Of a stretch of 64,000 bases of DNA, positions 19,466-29,878 are shown one piece after another. This stretch comes from a virus. Numbering within the stretch: the stretch's first letter is position 1; the number at the start of each line of letters is the position of its first letter. The stretch is taken from the IMG/VR virus record IMGVR_UViG_3300046492_000199; one strand, written 5' to 3'. Under the pieces are notes generated by a model. The model ran no database searches. It was given only the letters and a program-made list of their open reading frames with translations, and was not told the DNA's origin. The translations under genes and the position numbers were made by a program.

Positions 19466-22400
19466 TTATCTTCTCTTATTGCCAGCGGCTGGTGAAGAAC
19501 CGTAACGGCCTTCAATAGCTTTATTAAGGCTAGTACCACCCTTGGAAATATCTTTGGCCACACCGTCTTTAATTTGTTCAAGTAGAACATTAACATCCAA
19601 CGAACCATCTGAATTTTGTTTCGTTGAAGTTGAGGCGTTAGCATTAGTTCCGTTATTTATAACATTCAAATTAATTTTGGGCTGAACAAAAACAGCTGAA
19701 GACGAAGCTTGAACCGCACCGCTGGCTTGGACGCCTAATGAACCATCAGCTGCTCTTTTAAGAGGCATAATCGCTTCAGGTCCAGCCTCACCCATTAAGC
19801 CAGTTCTATTTCCTGACATTCCAAATGTGGTAGGAGAATTTACTATACCATTGTTTGAACCATTTGTCAAGCCCCCGTTAGCAAAAGCAATGAGTTTTCC
19901 TGAATTAAATGCTCCACCATTGGCAAAAGTCATTGGAGTTGAAATAGCCGACATGCCGCCGCCAAGATCAAATCCACCTAATGAACTTGAACCGCCGCCG
20001 AACATACCACCAAAAGCACCAGACAATGCTTTGATGATCGGCTGAATCACTGTGTAACGAATAACGATTCTAGCAATATCACCTAAGATACTCTGAGCCA
20101 AAGATTTGAAATCCATTTTACCTGTTGTTACCCAACTCGTCAAAGCATCCTCAAGACCGTTGAAAGCATTGGAAACAGCGCCAGCAACATCCGTAGTGAA
20201 ATCCTCAGATGTTTTAGTTAGATCGGTCAAGCCTTTATTGATACCCGAAATCCATGGAGAACTACCACCTGAAGCAGCTTCAGAATATTGCTTCTTCAGG
20301 CGAGTCAATAGCTCAGTGTATTCCTGAAGATTACCAGTGTTGGCAAATTCTTGATCAAGGAGTTGCTTCTTCTGAGTAAACTCATCAAGTGCCGTTGTTG
20401 ACGGCATCAATTCGTTTCTTAGTTTCTCAAAATCAGAAGTGAAGGCGGAAGAACCCGGAAGAACGCCGCCGTACTGATCCCTAAGTTCAGCAAGGCCTTT
20501 GTTATACTCAGCCTGTGTTATTTGACCCTTCTTGAGTTGTTTCTCAAGAGCTTCCTGTGCTTTATTATACTTTATAGTATCTTTCGCAGCACCGTCAAGA
20601 TACGAAGAAGCCGCACCTCCGGTATGGTCTACCTTTGGTTTACCGCCATTAGCAATATCTTTTTGTGTCTTGATTAAGTCCGTTTGCATCGCGGTCAATG
20701 CGGCAACTTGATCCGGCGACTTGCTTTGAACCTTTTGAAGAGCAGCTATATCATCTTTTAATTGAGAAACTTTACGAGAGGCTGAAGTTGCTCCTTCAGC
20801 GTATTTTTCAATACGCTTGTTGAAATCATCAGCTGCGTCGTGTCGTTTCGTAGCGGTTTCTACAGCCTTGACAGAAGTGCCAATTTGGTCATAAGTCTTT
20901 TTTAATTGTTGACCAGCTTGAGCAATGGCTTGGATTGCACCAGCAGGATCATTCTTTGCAGATTCATTGATTGTCTTTACCATATTTTGATAAGACTCAT
21001 CAGCCTTCTCGTACTGTTGCGAAAATTGGGCCGCAGCCTTGGATCGATTCAGTTCTGCGATAGCTTGATTCGCTTTACTAGCCGCGCTGGCCACTGCTTC
21101 AGCCATGCCACCAGCTGCTGACGCAACACTGTTCATCACAGCAACTGCGTTAGCCGATGACATATGATTCATTACACCTTGAATTAGTTCAAGTTTCTGA
21201 GCCGCATTGAGAGCTTCACCTTGCGCCGACGCAAGAACGTTTTGCAGTTCGATAAAACCTCTAGCCAATTCGGCAGTGTTACCGTCTTCAAATTTCGAAC
21301 TTGCGATTTCCATGACAAACTGATTATATGATTTGCCGGTCTCGTCAAGATATTGTTTAATATTCTGAAGTTTAGTGGCTAATTGATCATACTCTTGTGT
21401 GTTTTGTCCGCCAGTCAAGGATTGGTCGGTTGATCTGCGCAGAAGCTCAAATTGTCCGCGAGCCTCTTCCACTCGCTGAGCCACGTCTATTAGCTCAGTC
21501 TTTAGTTTTTGCTGCTCCGTGACGATCTGAGACGCAGAAAGAGCCTCTACAGATTCTCTATATCGGTCCATAGCTTCTTTAGAAAACCTAATTACTTCCG
21601 TGAATTCTTTCGCGCTCGAACTAGATGCATACCAAGACGCAGCTAGAATGCCTAGGCCAATGATTAGAGCACCTACTGGACCAGAAGCAAGACCAGCAAT
21701 TGCGCCGCCAGCGCGTCCAAAAAGTGATACAGCAATGGAAGCTTCTGACGCGGTTGTAGCAACGCCGGTAATGGCATATTTTATTAAATTTAGATTAGTT
21801 ACCCAAGCTGTTCCGCTAGCAATGCTCCCTAGAACCATTGAGGCGAAACTTTGTAAAAATCTAGCAATATTAAGGGCGAGCAATACCTTTAGACCGTTAA
21901 CTACAGTGTCAACGTGCTTGATCAGGAACGAGAATGCCGAACCTAATGCTTCAATAGCCTTACCAGAACGTTCGCCAAATTTATCAGCAAACTCCAAAAA
22001 TTCAGGTGATGAGATTGAATCTTTTACTTGTTCAATTGCCTTAGCTAGAGATGCCATAGCACCACCTTGACCAACGGCGACTTCTAGGTCATAAACCGCG
22101 TTCTGCAATAGATTAAACTGCGCCGTTGAATTCTTCAACGCGCTCTGAAGTGATCCACCATAAGTTCTTTGAATTTCAGCTGCGAATTTAGGCAAGGCAT
22201 CAGAAGAAAGAATTTCACCCTTCTTAAGCATATCTTGTAGTTCAGCAGTTCCTACACCTAATGCACGAGCCATTAAGTTAACGGAACCCGGTAATTGCTC
22301 GCCCAACTGTCTACGAAGTTCTTCGGAAGACACAGTTCCTTTGCTCATCATCTGTTCAAGAGCAAGCAACGCAAGTTTAGTTCTATCACTTGAACGGTGC

Positions 22401-23758
22401 AATACTGTCATGGCAGTAATTGTTGCTTCGAAGATAGTTCTGGTTTGCTCAGTGGAAACGCCTGCCAATTTTGAGGAGATAGAAAATGAGCCAAAAGATT
22501 CTTGAATATCTTCTACACGCTGACCAAGGCGATTAGCCATGTCTTCGGTGTAGCGCATTTCTTCGCCGGTCTTGCTTAAGCTTCCCTCATTTACGGCCAG
22601 CAGTGTGCTTTTGAAAGCGTTGAAATTCGTGTTAGCGTCATAAATTGACTTGGATAGTGTACCCAGCGTGATAGAGCCAATCAGGGTACGAAATACCGAT
22701 GCGGCTTGGAACGTACCGCTGAAAGCATTCTCTAAGCCACGAAGGTTCGTTGTCATGCCAGCGGCTTGACTTGAGAACTTTCCGCCGCCAATGTTGCTTA
22801 AGTTGGTGCGGAAATTATTTAGGAATTTATTAGCCATACCCGCTGCCATACCGATCTTTTCGATATAAGCTGCGATCTGAGGGGCGTTGGTTGGTACTTT
22901 TAAATTGCCCAACATCTTGACGAAAGATTCGACATTCTTAATCTGAGCCGGTGTGGGGCCTTTGAAATTAGAGAAGGCCTGAGTAATGGCTGAGATAGAG
23001 CTTGTGCCACTGATCGGCTTAAAAGTCGATAGGGCTGAGAAAAGATCACGCAGGTTCTTAACGCTGGTAGAGCTAGGAGCTTTCATACCAGCTACAGCGC
23101 TACTTAAATTAATAATTCCTGTGATCAGCGAGCCATTGATGGAAGCTTTCGCGCCGCTGTTGTTCAGCGCGCTAAAGAAAGCCTTCATGTTGGAAACAGC
23201 TTTTTCAGAAGGGGCGCGGAACCCGCCTAGTGCATCACCTAATTTAGTAATGCCTGTGAAACTACCTGAGATGCGAAGCAGTGGAGCTACTTCTGAAAGA
23301 GAAGTGCCAAATACTTTTAAAGCTTCAATCTTTGAAGCACTTGGGACTTTGAATCCAGCCATGGCAGCGCTGATCTTGTTTACAGATTCAGCAAAGTTCC
23401 CACTAACATTAAAACTGTTTAGCAGGGCAGGAATAGATGTGGCAAATGTGTTGATGTTTTTAAGCGCGGCAGGGCTAGGCGCTTTTAGATTTTTAAAAGC
23501 GTTACCAATGCTGTTAATGCTCTTAACAGCAGCCGGATTGATATTGATGTTGTTGAGTTTGCCTAAGTCTTTAGCGAGCTTAGTAAAGTCGCCGCCAGAG
23601 GCACCGCCCGCCATCAGTTTAGAGAAAGCAGCTTGGGCCTTGGCGTCTAGGTTGTCTAAACCTTTATTAATAGAAGAAATGGCCGAAACAAACTTTTTCG
23701 CCCCCGCTTCGGCGCGAGAGGCGTCAATTTCGAAGCGTAAGGAAAATGTATCGGCCAT
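19466..23758 (-). CDS. tail tape measure protein
   Basis: 1430 aa, Ala/Ser-rich helical; QMMSKGTVSSEELRRQLGEQLPG; FANGG and GEAGPEAIMPL. Confidence 0.95.
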   Translation of the reverse strand: MADTFSLRFEIDASRAEAGAKKFVSAISSINKGLDNLDAKAQAAFSKLMAGGASGGDFTKLAKDLGKLNNININPAAVKSINSIGNAFKNLKAPSPAALKNINTFATSIPALLNSFNVSGNFAESVNKISAAMAGFKVPSASKIEALKVFGTSLSEVAPLLRISGSFTGITKLGDALGGFRAPSEKAVSNMKAFFSALNNSGAKASINGSLITGIINLSSAVAGMKAPSSTSVKNLRDLFSALSTFKPISGTSSISAITQAFSNFKGPTPAQIKNVESFVKMLGNLKVPTNAPQIAAYIEKIGMAAGMANKFLNNFRTNLSNIGGGKFSSQAAGMTTNLRGLENAFSGTFQAASVFRTLIGSITLGTLSKSIYDANTNFNAFKSTLLAVNEGSLSKTGEEMRYTEDMANRLGQRVEDIQESFGSFSISSKLAGVSTEQTRTIFEATITAMTVLHRSSDRTKLALLALEQMMSKGTVSSEELRRQLGEQLPGSVNLMARALGVGTAELQDMLKKGEILSSDALPKFAAEIQRTYGGSLQSALKNSTAQFNLLQNAVYDLEVAVGQGGAMASLAKAIEQVKDSISSPEFLEFADKFGERSGKAIEALGSAFSFLIKHVDTVVNGLKVLLALNIARFLQSFASMVLGSIASGTAWVTNLNLIKYAITGVATTASEASIAVSLFGRAGGAIAGLASGPVGALIIGLGILAASWYASSSSAKEFTEVIRFSKEAMDRYRESVEALSASQIVTEQQKLKTELIDVAQRVEEARGQFELLRRSTDQSLTGGQNTQEYDQLATKLQNIKQYLDETGKSYNQFVMEIASSKFEDGNTAELARGFIELQNVLASAQGEALNAAQKLELIQGVMNHMSSANAVAVMNSVASAAGGMAEAVASAASKANQAIAELNRSKAAAQFSQQYEKADESYQNMVKTINESAKNDPAGAIQAIAQAGQQLKKTYDQIGTSVKAVETATKRHDAADDFNKRIEKYAEGATSASRKVSQLKDDIAALQKVQSKSPDQVAALTAMQTDLIKTQKDIANGGKPKVDHTGGAASSYLDGAAKDTIKYNKAQEALEKQLKKGQITQAEYNKGLAELRDQYGGVLPGSSAFTSDFEKLRNELMPSTTALDEFTQKKQLLDQEFANTGNLQEYTELLTRLKKQYSEAASGGSSPWISGINKGLTDLTKTSEDFTTDVAGAVSNAFNGLEDALTSWVTTGKMDFKSLAQSILGDIARIVIRYTVIQPIIKALSGAFGGMFGGGSSSLGGFDLGGGMSAISTPMTFANGGAFNSGKLIAFANGGLTNGSNNGIVNSPTTFGMSGNRTGLMGEAGPEAIMPLKRAADGSLGVQASGAVQASSSAVFVQPKINLNVINNGTNANASTSTKQNSDGSLDVNVLLEQIKDGVAKDISKGGTSLNKAIEGRYGSSPAAGNKRR

Positions 23759-24170
23759 TATTTATTCTTCTTTATTTTATTAGCAGCTTCGTCAGCCAAT
23801 CTTTTCTTTTTGTCTTTTTCGTAATAATCTTCTATCCACAGATTATCCAAAAGTTTTACAAAATCGGAAAAGTCTATTCTCTTCCTATAATCATCAATGC
23901 CATATAATTGGCAATAGTGATTTATTTCAGAAAAAGAAATATGCATCGGGCCAGCCATTCCGGCAGGTCTTGATGAAGAAAGAGTTAAAAACCCTTCCCA
24001 CACCCAATACAAATCCTCGAAAAGTTGTGGCCCTTCTTCTTGAACTTCCTGTACTTCTACAGGAAGTCCTTTTTCTTTTCTTACCTTAGCTATCCATTCA
24101 TTATCTTTTTTGGAGATTTTATTATTGACTTTGGATAGTGAATAGTTAAGGTACTCTGTTAGTTTTTTTC
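23758..24170 (-). CDS. tail chaperone gpT part, reached by -1 frameshift from the upstream gene
   Basis: -1 frame open from the slippery site through YWVWEGF to stop at 23758. Confidence 0.8.
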
Positions 24171-24560
24171 TGCTTCAGCCTTGTTCTGGACCTTGAACGC
24201 GTCATCGTCCGTGACAAGCTTGGCAATTAGGTTGCGGAATTCGCGGTACTTGGTAAGCTGATCTTCAGCGGCCTTGACAGAGAAAGGAAGGACAGTCTCT
24301 TCGTCTTCTTCTGTGAAGCCTTCCCAATCAGCAACAATGGCCTGTGCCATCTGAGCGATCAATAGGCGTTCCTGATCACCCTGTGGAATGCCTTTGCCGG
24401 AACGCTTCATAGCGAGGTAAGGAGCTTCAAGAGCCTCACGGACTTCCTGTGAGCGCTTGCTCTGGAAAGAGCGAAGCTTGATGCGAGCCTTATCGCCAAG
24501 TTCGAACCACTTACCAGTTTCTTCAGATTCAACGTCGGTAGCAAATGTAGAGAATTTCAT
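24159..24560 (-). CDS. tail assembly chaperone (gpG-like)
   Basis: Between tube and TMP genes; ends at a slippery site. Confidence 0.85.
   Translation of the reverse strand: MKFSTFATDVESEETGKWFELGDKARIKLRSFQSKRSQEVREALEAPYLAMKRSGKGIPQGDQERLLIAQMAQAIVADWEGFTEEDEETVLPFSVKAAEDQLTKYREFRNLIAKLVTDDDAFKVQNKAEAEKN
24162..24168 (-). other. -1 programmed frameshift slippery heptamer A_AAA_AAC
   Basis: ...GAA AAA AAC TAA at the end of the gpG-like gene. Confidence 0.85.
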
Positions 24561-24607
24561 GTTCGGGATTTCCTATGTTTTTAAATATTTCGGGTTATTA
24601 ATTGAGA

Positions 24608-24644
24608 CAAAAATGGCGGCGGCACCCGACAACCCCCGCCATTT
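24608..24644 (-). terminator. intrinsic terminator after major tail gene
   Basis: AAATGGCGG...CCGCCATTT followed by TT on - strand. Confidence 0.6.
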
Positions 24645-24753
24645 CCTATTAAGCCTCTTGGCTTAAATTTTTTAACTATTTGTCAGACCGAGAAGTAGCC
24701 CGAGAGGCGACCCTGTAGTCCCGCCGCCCCCGCCTGTAGGAGGCGAGACTGGA

Positions 24754-26613
24754 TCAGGAGCAGACGTTACTCACGTCACTCCAACGGTCGATTTGGAACA
24801 TCGTACCAGTGGATGCGTCACGGAAAGCAACGAATTCAAGTGGTTCAACAACGTCTTGGTCGATACCCTGAGCCGCAATGTTATCGCTTGAGAACTTAAC
24901 AGCTGGTAGGGTGTACTTGTAAGTATTACCATCAACGTCAGTGAACTTGAAAGCGAGAGAAGACGTTTCGTGGTTGATGAAGTCGTCATAGAACGGGCTA
25001 CCAGCTTCGAAATAAGCCGTAACAGTGCCGGTTAGGTTGAAACGGCCTGTACCGATACCACGAGCGAACTTAGAACCAACGGCGGGCTGCTGACGCAGTG
25101 TAGCATCACCCTGAAGCGCGATTGACTGAAGTGCTGAAGAAAGTTCAACACCATCTTTTTCAATCGAACCTACGTTGGTCGTAGCGTTCATAACTTCAGT
25201 ACCAGTTGAGCGAAGCGCAACGTAAGGAGAAAGAGCTAGTTTGGAAACGTTCGTGATCTGACGCTTAGTTTCTTTACCTTCGAATGAATACGTACCGGTA
25301 ACGATGGCACCTGAGCTTACGTCCATTGAGAACGAACCTACGCGTAGGCCGTTGTGAACGAAGAACTGGTTAACGTCGTTGTAAGCCGATTCAGCGCTGA
25401 AGCTCTGAGCCACGATTTGCTGGTGAGGCAGTGATCCGGTCCCGTCAGGGTTACGAAGCATTGAACCTTTAATAGTTACACCAAGTGTACCACCGTTAGC
25501 GTCTGTAGCAGGGGCTGGCGAAACTGTTAGAACATCGTCCGCAACAGAAAGGATTTTGAAGAAACCACCAGAAGCTAGGCCACCGCTGAAGTTAGTCGTA
25601 ACAGCGTTGGTAGAAACGTCAGCAAGTGTACCACCAGTTCTACGAAGGTTCGTTACAGTAACTGTAGCGGTAGACACAGTAGCCTTGGCCTGAAGACGAC
25701 CATCAACACGAGCTTGGTTGATAGCAGCGGCAATGTTAGTCGCTGTGGCAGCACCAGAACCACCGAGCGTTACGATCTGATTACCAGCCGTTGCGCCACC
25801 GTCTGAAGACGTTTCGAAAACAACCTGATTCACGCCATCGTAAACCGTGAACGTGTCGTGGTTAGCAGCGTTGGTCGTGAAGTTAATCGTACCGGATTCT
25901 CTACCGGAAGCGTTATCTACATAGATGTTCTGACCGGCGACAAGATTGCCAGCTGCAATTGCAGCGGCAAAAGCATTTGTACCATTTGAGTCGATAGTAG
26001 AAGCGCCGCTAGTTCCGAAGCGAATAGCAGTGTTGTTGAGAATAATAACATCGTTTGCATCTTGAACCTTAGTAAAAGCAGTACCGGCTTCAACAACAGC
26101 TGTAGTTGTTGATACAGTAACTTGAGTTGCGCCGCCAGAAAAAGCAAGAGAAGCAACCTGCACATACTTGTTATTCAGCGGGTTAAGAAAGCCCGAAGTC
26201 TTGAGACGGCGACCTACCACGAAGTAGTCACGGAAGTCTCCACCAGCAATCGAGATGACGTTGTTCGCGGTCCAAGCAACACCAACACCTTTGAAGAAGT
26301 CAAACTCCATTGGGCGGCTCCAAAGGCCGAGCACGAAAGCTTGCATCAGAATGTCGTGAGAACCGGCGCTGAATTCGTAATTAATATCACCGCTTGTAGA
26401 GGCCGAAACTTCAACAACCGAGCTAACCATACGGTCGGCACGAAGTTCGTCAGACGTGACGGTTTCTTTGGCCGCAGCGAGGGAGTGGGATGTGATACGA
26501 ATTTCACGAGTCGCACCAGACGCAGGAGTCGTACCCCAAGTCAGGTTATTTTCTTGAATTAGGCGAATGCTATCGCGGTTACTATCAGCAAAGTTGGCCA
26601 CTATTGTCTCCAA
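24754..26613 (-). CDS. major tail tube protein with large central insertion
   Basis: TSDELRADRMVS, SGDINYEFS, LTGTVTAYF, YTLPAVKF; upstream of chaperones. Confidence 0.85.
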   Translation of the reverse strand: METIVANFADSNRDSIRLIQENNLTWGTTPASGATREIRITSHSLAAAKETVTSDELRADRMVSSVVEVSASTSGDINYEFSAGSHDILMQAFVLGLWSRPMEFDFFKGVGVAWTANNVISIAGGDFRDYFVVGRRLKTSGFLNPLNNKYVQVASLAFSGGATQVTVSTTTAVVEAGTAFTKVQDANDVIILNNTAIRFGTSGASTIDSNGTNAFAAAIAAGNLVAGQNIYVDNASGRESGTINFTTNAANHDTFTVYDGVNQVVFETSSDGGATAGNQIVTLGGSGAATATNIAAAINQARVDGRLQAKATVSTATVTVTNLRRTGGTLADVSTNAVTTNFSGGLASGGFFKILSVADDVLTVSPAPATDANGGTLGVTIKGSMLRNPDGTGSLPHQQIVAQSFSAESAYNDVNQFFVHNGLRVGSFSMDVSSGAIVTGTYSFEGKETKRQITNVSKLALSPYVALRSTGTEVMNATTNVGSIEKDGVELSSALQSIALQGDATLRQQPAVGSKFARGIGTGRFNLTGTVTAYFEAGSPFYDDFINHETSSLAFKFTDVDGNTYKYTLPAVKFSSDNIAAQGIDQDVVEPLEFVAFRDASTGTMFQIDRWSDVSNVCS

Positions 26614-26677
26614 ATATTTTGTTATTGTTATTAGATGGGGCTTTTAGTGACCCAAACTTTTATTAAATTTGAACTGC

Positions 26678-26706
26678 ATCATACTACAATTTTTAAAATT
26701 TGTCAA
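26678..26706 (-). promoter_or_regulatory. sigma70-type promoter
   Basis: TTGACA-17 nt-TATGAT. Confidence 0.75.
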
Positions 26707-26733
26707 GAAAAATCTTCTTTGTACAGAAAATTA

Positions 26734-26758
26734 AACCCACTAAATTACTTAGTGGGTT
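26734..26758 (-). terminator. intrinsic terminator
   Basis: AACCCACTAA-attac-TTAGTGGGTT with T tract on - strand. Confidence 0.65.
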
Positions 26759-26790
26759 CAATCATTATCTTAAAAATTTAATTGTTCGTA

Positions 26791-27834
26791 TTATACTGAT
26801 ACGGTGTGAAGCGTGATGGTATAAACTGAAGCTGAGTTAGGGGTGTAAGCGCCGTTAGTTACGAGATAGCCGTACACATTGGCTGAGCTTAACTTCATCT
26901 GCTTGTTGATGTTAGTCACTTCGCAGTATAGAGTCGAACCTAGATCGGCTGGTGTTCCCAAATCGATATAACCAAGGAACGAAGCTCTGTCGCCAGAAGG
27001 CAAGTCCCAAGCAGCATTGTCAGCCAAAGCGGATGGAGGCGTGACGTTGTAGAGGTAAAGTCTAAAGTTCGTCATACCAGAAGGAATGGCAGAAACATCG
27101 ATTTCTAGCTGAGCGCCAGTAATCATTGTTGTTGCACCTGAAACGCCTACAGTTGCAAAGGTGAGTGCAGCGGCGGTAGGGCCAACAACGTCGTTCGCGG
27201 TATAAGCCGTGGTGTCAGCTGGACGAGTCGCAGAAACAGCAACGTCGAAAGCTGAAGTGACTTGGTTGATCGGAACCGTGGCTTGGTCCGTAGCAAGAAC
27301 TACAGATAGCGAGCCTGTGCTTGCCTTAGCGCCAATCGAAGTTGGAAGTAGAGCAATTAGAGATGTTAAGCGTTGAGCCACGCGCTGTAAACGACCATTG
27401 AGACCGCTTGAAGCAGTATCGGAAGCTGGTGCGGTTTCAGTAACGATACCAAGTTGCGGGACTAGAACGTCATCAGTAGCAGTGGTTACAGCAAGTGATG
27501 CAGCAGCAGTCTTTGCGCCAAGCGAAGTTGGGAGCAATGCGATCAGCGATGTGAGACGCTGAGCCACGCGCTGTAGACGACCGTTCAGGCCGCTTGAAGC
27601 GGTATCAGAAGCTGGTGCAGTTTCAGTAACAATACCGATCTTAGCTTGCACGTCATCATCGCTGGCGATAGTGACTGGAAGCGAAGCCGCTTTGTTGCCC
27701 TGACCCAAAGTAACATCAGTGGCAGTGCCATCTGGACCTACAGTAAGTTTGACACGTTGAATAAGTACGCCGCCTACGTCATCGGCACCGATTGTAACGC
27801 CTGTTCCGGGAGTTACTGTGATATTATCAGCCAT
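26791..27834 (-). CDS. probable virion accessory protein with internal tandem duplication
   Basis: 347 aa Ala/Thr-rich; 38-aa identical repeat at 62-aa period. Confidence 0.7.
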   Translation of the reverse strand: MADNITVTPGTGVTIGADDVGGVLIQRVKLTVGPDGTATDVTLGQGNKAASLPVTIASDDDVQAKIGIVTETAPASDTASSGLNGRLQRVAQRLTSLIALLPTSLGAKTAAASLAVTTATDDVLVPQLGIVTETAPASDTASSGLNGRLQRVAQRLTSLIALLPTSIGAKASTGSLSVVLATDQATVPINQVTSAFDVAVSATRPADTTAYTANDVVGPTAAALTFATVGVSGATTMITGAQLEIDVSAIPSGMTNFRLYLYNVTPPSALADNAAWDLPSGDRASFLGYIDLGTPADLGSTLYCEVTNINKQMKLSSANVYGYLVTNGAYTPNSASVYTITLHTVSV

Positions 27835-27840
27835 TTTAAA

Positions 27841-28038
27841 TTACCTCGTTAAGATTAAAAGTAGGCCGATTGGCGTACCTGAAGTTTCTGGAGGATTAAC
27901 TACCGGTGTGGGTGGTTTCCTACCTGCTTTTTTGTTTTTCTTCGGAGAAACTTCTCTAAAGGGTTCTGTCGGTATTTGATCCGTAAACACGATTAGTTTG
28001 TTTGCCGGATTATACCTTACTTTTTTTGGTGTTCCCAT
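27841..28038 (-). CDS. small basic Pro-rich hypothetical protein
   Basis: 65 aa, downstream of its own promoter. Confidence 0.6.
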   Translation of the reverse strand: MGTPKKVRYNPANKLIVFTDQIPTEPFREVSPKKNKKAGRKPPTPVVNPPETSGTPIGLLLILTR

Positions 28039-28070
28039 GATGTATAATCCAGTTTATAATTATTGATTTC

Positions 28071-28098
28071 ATTATACCATAATTTTTTAAAAAGTCAA
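28071..28098 (-). promoter_or_regulatory. sigma70-type promoter
   Basis: TTGACT-16 nt-TATAAT. Confidence 0.65.
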
Positions 28099-28129
28099 GA
28101 TAAAGTGATTTAATCCAAAATTTTAAATA

Positions 28130-29836
28130 TTAAGGAGCCTCGTAACATCCAATATTGGCTGTGCCGCCAGCGGATAGTGCGTTGCCAAACAAATCAATTG
28201 AGCCTAGATTAATGCTAAACAGTGAGTTAATATTCTGCCCCGCGTTCTTAGCAGGGGAAGAAGATTGTAATTTATATGGAGCTAGTGCGGCAATGCTAAA
28301 GCCGTTGGTGTTCCCAACTGGAACAGTGCCTTGTAATAGTGGATCTCCGCTCACTGATACGTTAGTGCTTGTGATAGTTTCTTGAGTAGAGAATGCGCCG
28401 CGCCAAGCACCAATTGAAGTGTAAGTAGAAGGCCCCCATTTGATCGATACTGAAGCTACAGTGCTATAAAGATTTCCAATAAATCTAATGGCAGGCGTTA
28501 AGCTCGTGGATGAGTTGATCAGCTTTGTCGTCGCGCCGGTTAGATAGAAAATGTTGTTGCAGACATATGTGGTTGTAAATTTATCTGGATTGGAGAAAAC
28601 GTAGACACCATTAATCGAAGCAACACTGCTGTAGATCGTGTTATTATAAATAGAATTTCCAGACGCGGCTCTTGCTGTTTCCGCCGTGCCCATAAGAATG
28701 CCTCCCTTAGTAGTGGGAGCTTGTGTGCCGTCGTTTTCGGAGATATTAAAACGAATCGTATTTCCGGTTAGCGCTAATACAGTTGAATCATTATATTGAT
28801 AAAGTTGCAAACCAGAACCATAATTATCGTGACTGTAGCAAAATTGAACGATGCAGTTCTGACACCCGCCGTCAATATCAAAACCGCCGCCGTCTGATGT
28901 GCCGGTTCCGGTCTTGTTGTGGTGGCTTTCACTGTATTGAATAACAGTGCTGGTGCAATCGTACATCCAAATCCCTACCGGACCAGATGCATAAGTATTG
29001 TTTGCTCCATTATTATATGCTTCGCAAAATTCAATTAATCCACCACTGCACTGACCTAAGAGAATACCGCTGCCACAGTGAGAAACAGTAATGCCTGCCT
29101 TGCCGGTACAGTTATACGCTTTGCAATTTCTCACGACAGGATTTGTGTGACTCGCGGCATTAGCTACTAGGCCGTACAGTCCTTGAACCGTGATGCCGTT
29201 GCCTACATAATCAATACAATTTCCGGTGCAGTCATGAACAATACAACTATCAATTAGAGGCGCATCAAATCCAGAAGGAGAGTTGGCAGCATATGCCGTG
29301 TCTCCGGTGTAAAGCGCGATACCATCATAGCCATAACCAGAAACATCCAGTCTCAGAAGAGTTAGGCCTTTTAACTTAGTGCTGCCGAGTTGATCATTAA
29401 TGCAATAAACGCCAGTCGATGTACTGACAGTTGTGCCGGTTCCAACAAAAATTAAATCTTGAACCGTGACGTGGTGTGGATTAATTAGATAAGCGCCTCT
29501 ATCACTATTACCAGAAGCTTGAATAGTCGCTCTTCCAGTTCCATAAGAGCCAAATACAGTTGCCGCACCGCTGTTGCCATAGTGCTGACCTTCTACCAGA
29601 CTAAGAGTTCCAGAGAAAGTTGCGCCACCTTTAAATAGCACCCAAGCCCCAGCCGGGAAGGTGGCTCCGTTTACTTTGGACAGGGTTTGCCAAGGCGTAG
29701 AAGGTGACGTTCCGCTGTTTGTGTCTGACCCGTTAGGGTCAACATAATAAATAACGGATGGTTGTGAGACGCCTTTTTTCGTCACAGGAGCACTGGAAAT
29801 GACTGCTGTTTTTGTTTTATTTCTGGCTAGCGGCAT
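28130..29836 (-). CDS. right-handed beta-helix protein (pectate-lyase-like; putative depolymerase), copy A
   Basis: YYVDPNGSDTNSGT.P..PWQT start; DGGGFDIDGG; N/G/S-rich PbH repeats. Confidence 0.8.
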   Translation of the reverse strand: MPLARNKTKTAVISSAPVTKKGVSQPSVIYYVDPNGSDTNSGTSPSTPWQTLSKVNGATFPAGAWVLFKGGATFSGTLSLVEGQHYGNSGAATVFGSYGTGRATIQASGNSDRGAYLINPHHVTVQDLIFVGTGTTVSTSTGVYCINDQLGSTKLKGLTLLRLDVSGYGYDGIALYTGDTAYAANSPSGFDAPLIDSCIVHDCTGNCIDYVGNGITVQGLYGLVANAASHTNPVVRNCKAYNCTGKAGITVSHCGSGILLGQCSGGLIEFCEAYNNGANNTYASGPVGIWMYDCTSTVIQYSESHHNKTGTGTSDGGGFDIDGGCQNCIVQFCYSHDNYGSGLQLYQYNDSTVLALTGNTIRFNISENDGTQAPTTKGGILMGTAETARAASGNSIYNNTIYSSVASINGVYVFSNPDKFTTTYVCNNIFYLTGATTKLINSSTSLTPAIRFIGNLYSTVASVSIKWGPSTYTSIGAWRGAFSTQETITSTNVSVSGDPLLQGTVPVGNTNGFSIAALAPYKLQSSSPAKNAGQNINSLFSINLGSIDLFGNALSAGGTANIGCYEAP

Positions 29837-29878
29837 GACTGTCTTTCTAAAATTTTAAATTGTTTTATATGGGAAATA

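Noticed and set aside
22986-23783. 265-aa + strand ORF and similar antisense ORFs (36921-37385, 58606-59094, 63104-63706 and others)
   Set aside because: Shadows of well-supported - strand genes, with no motifs or RBS
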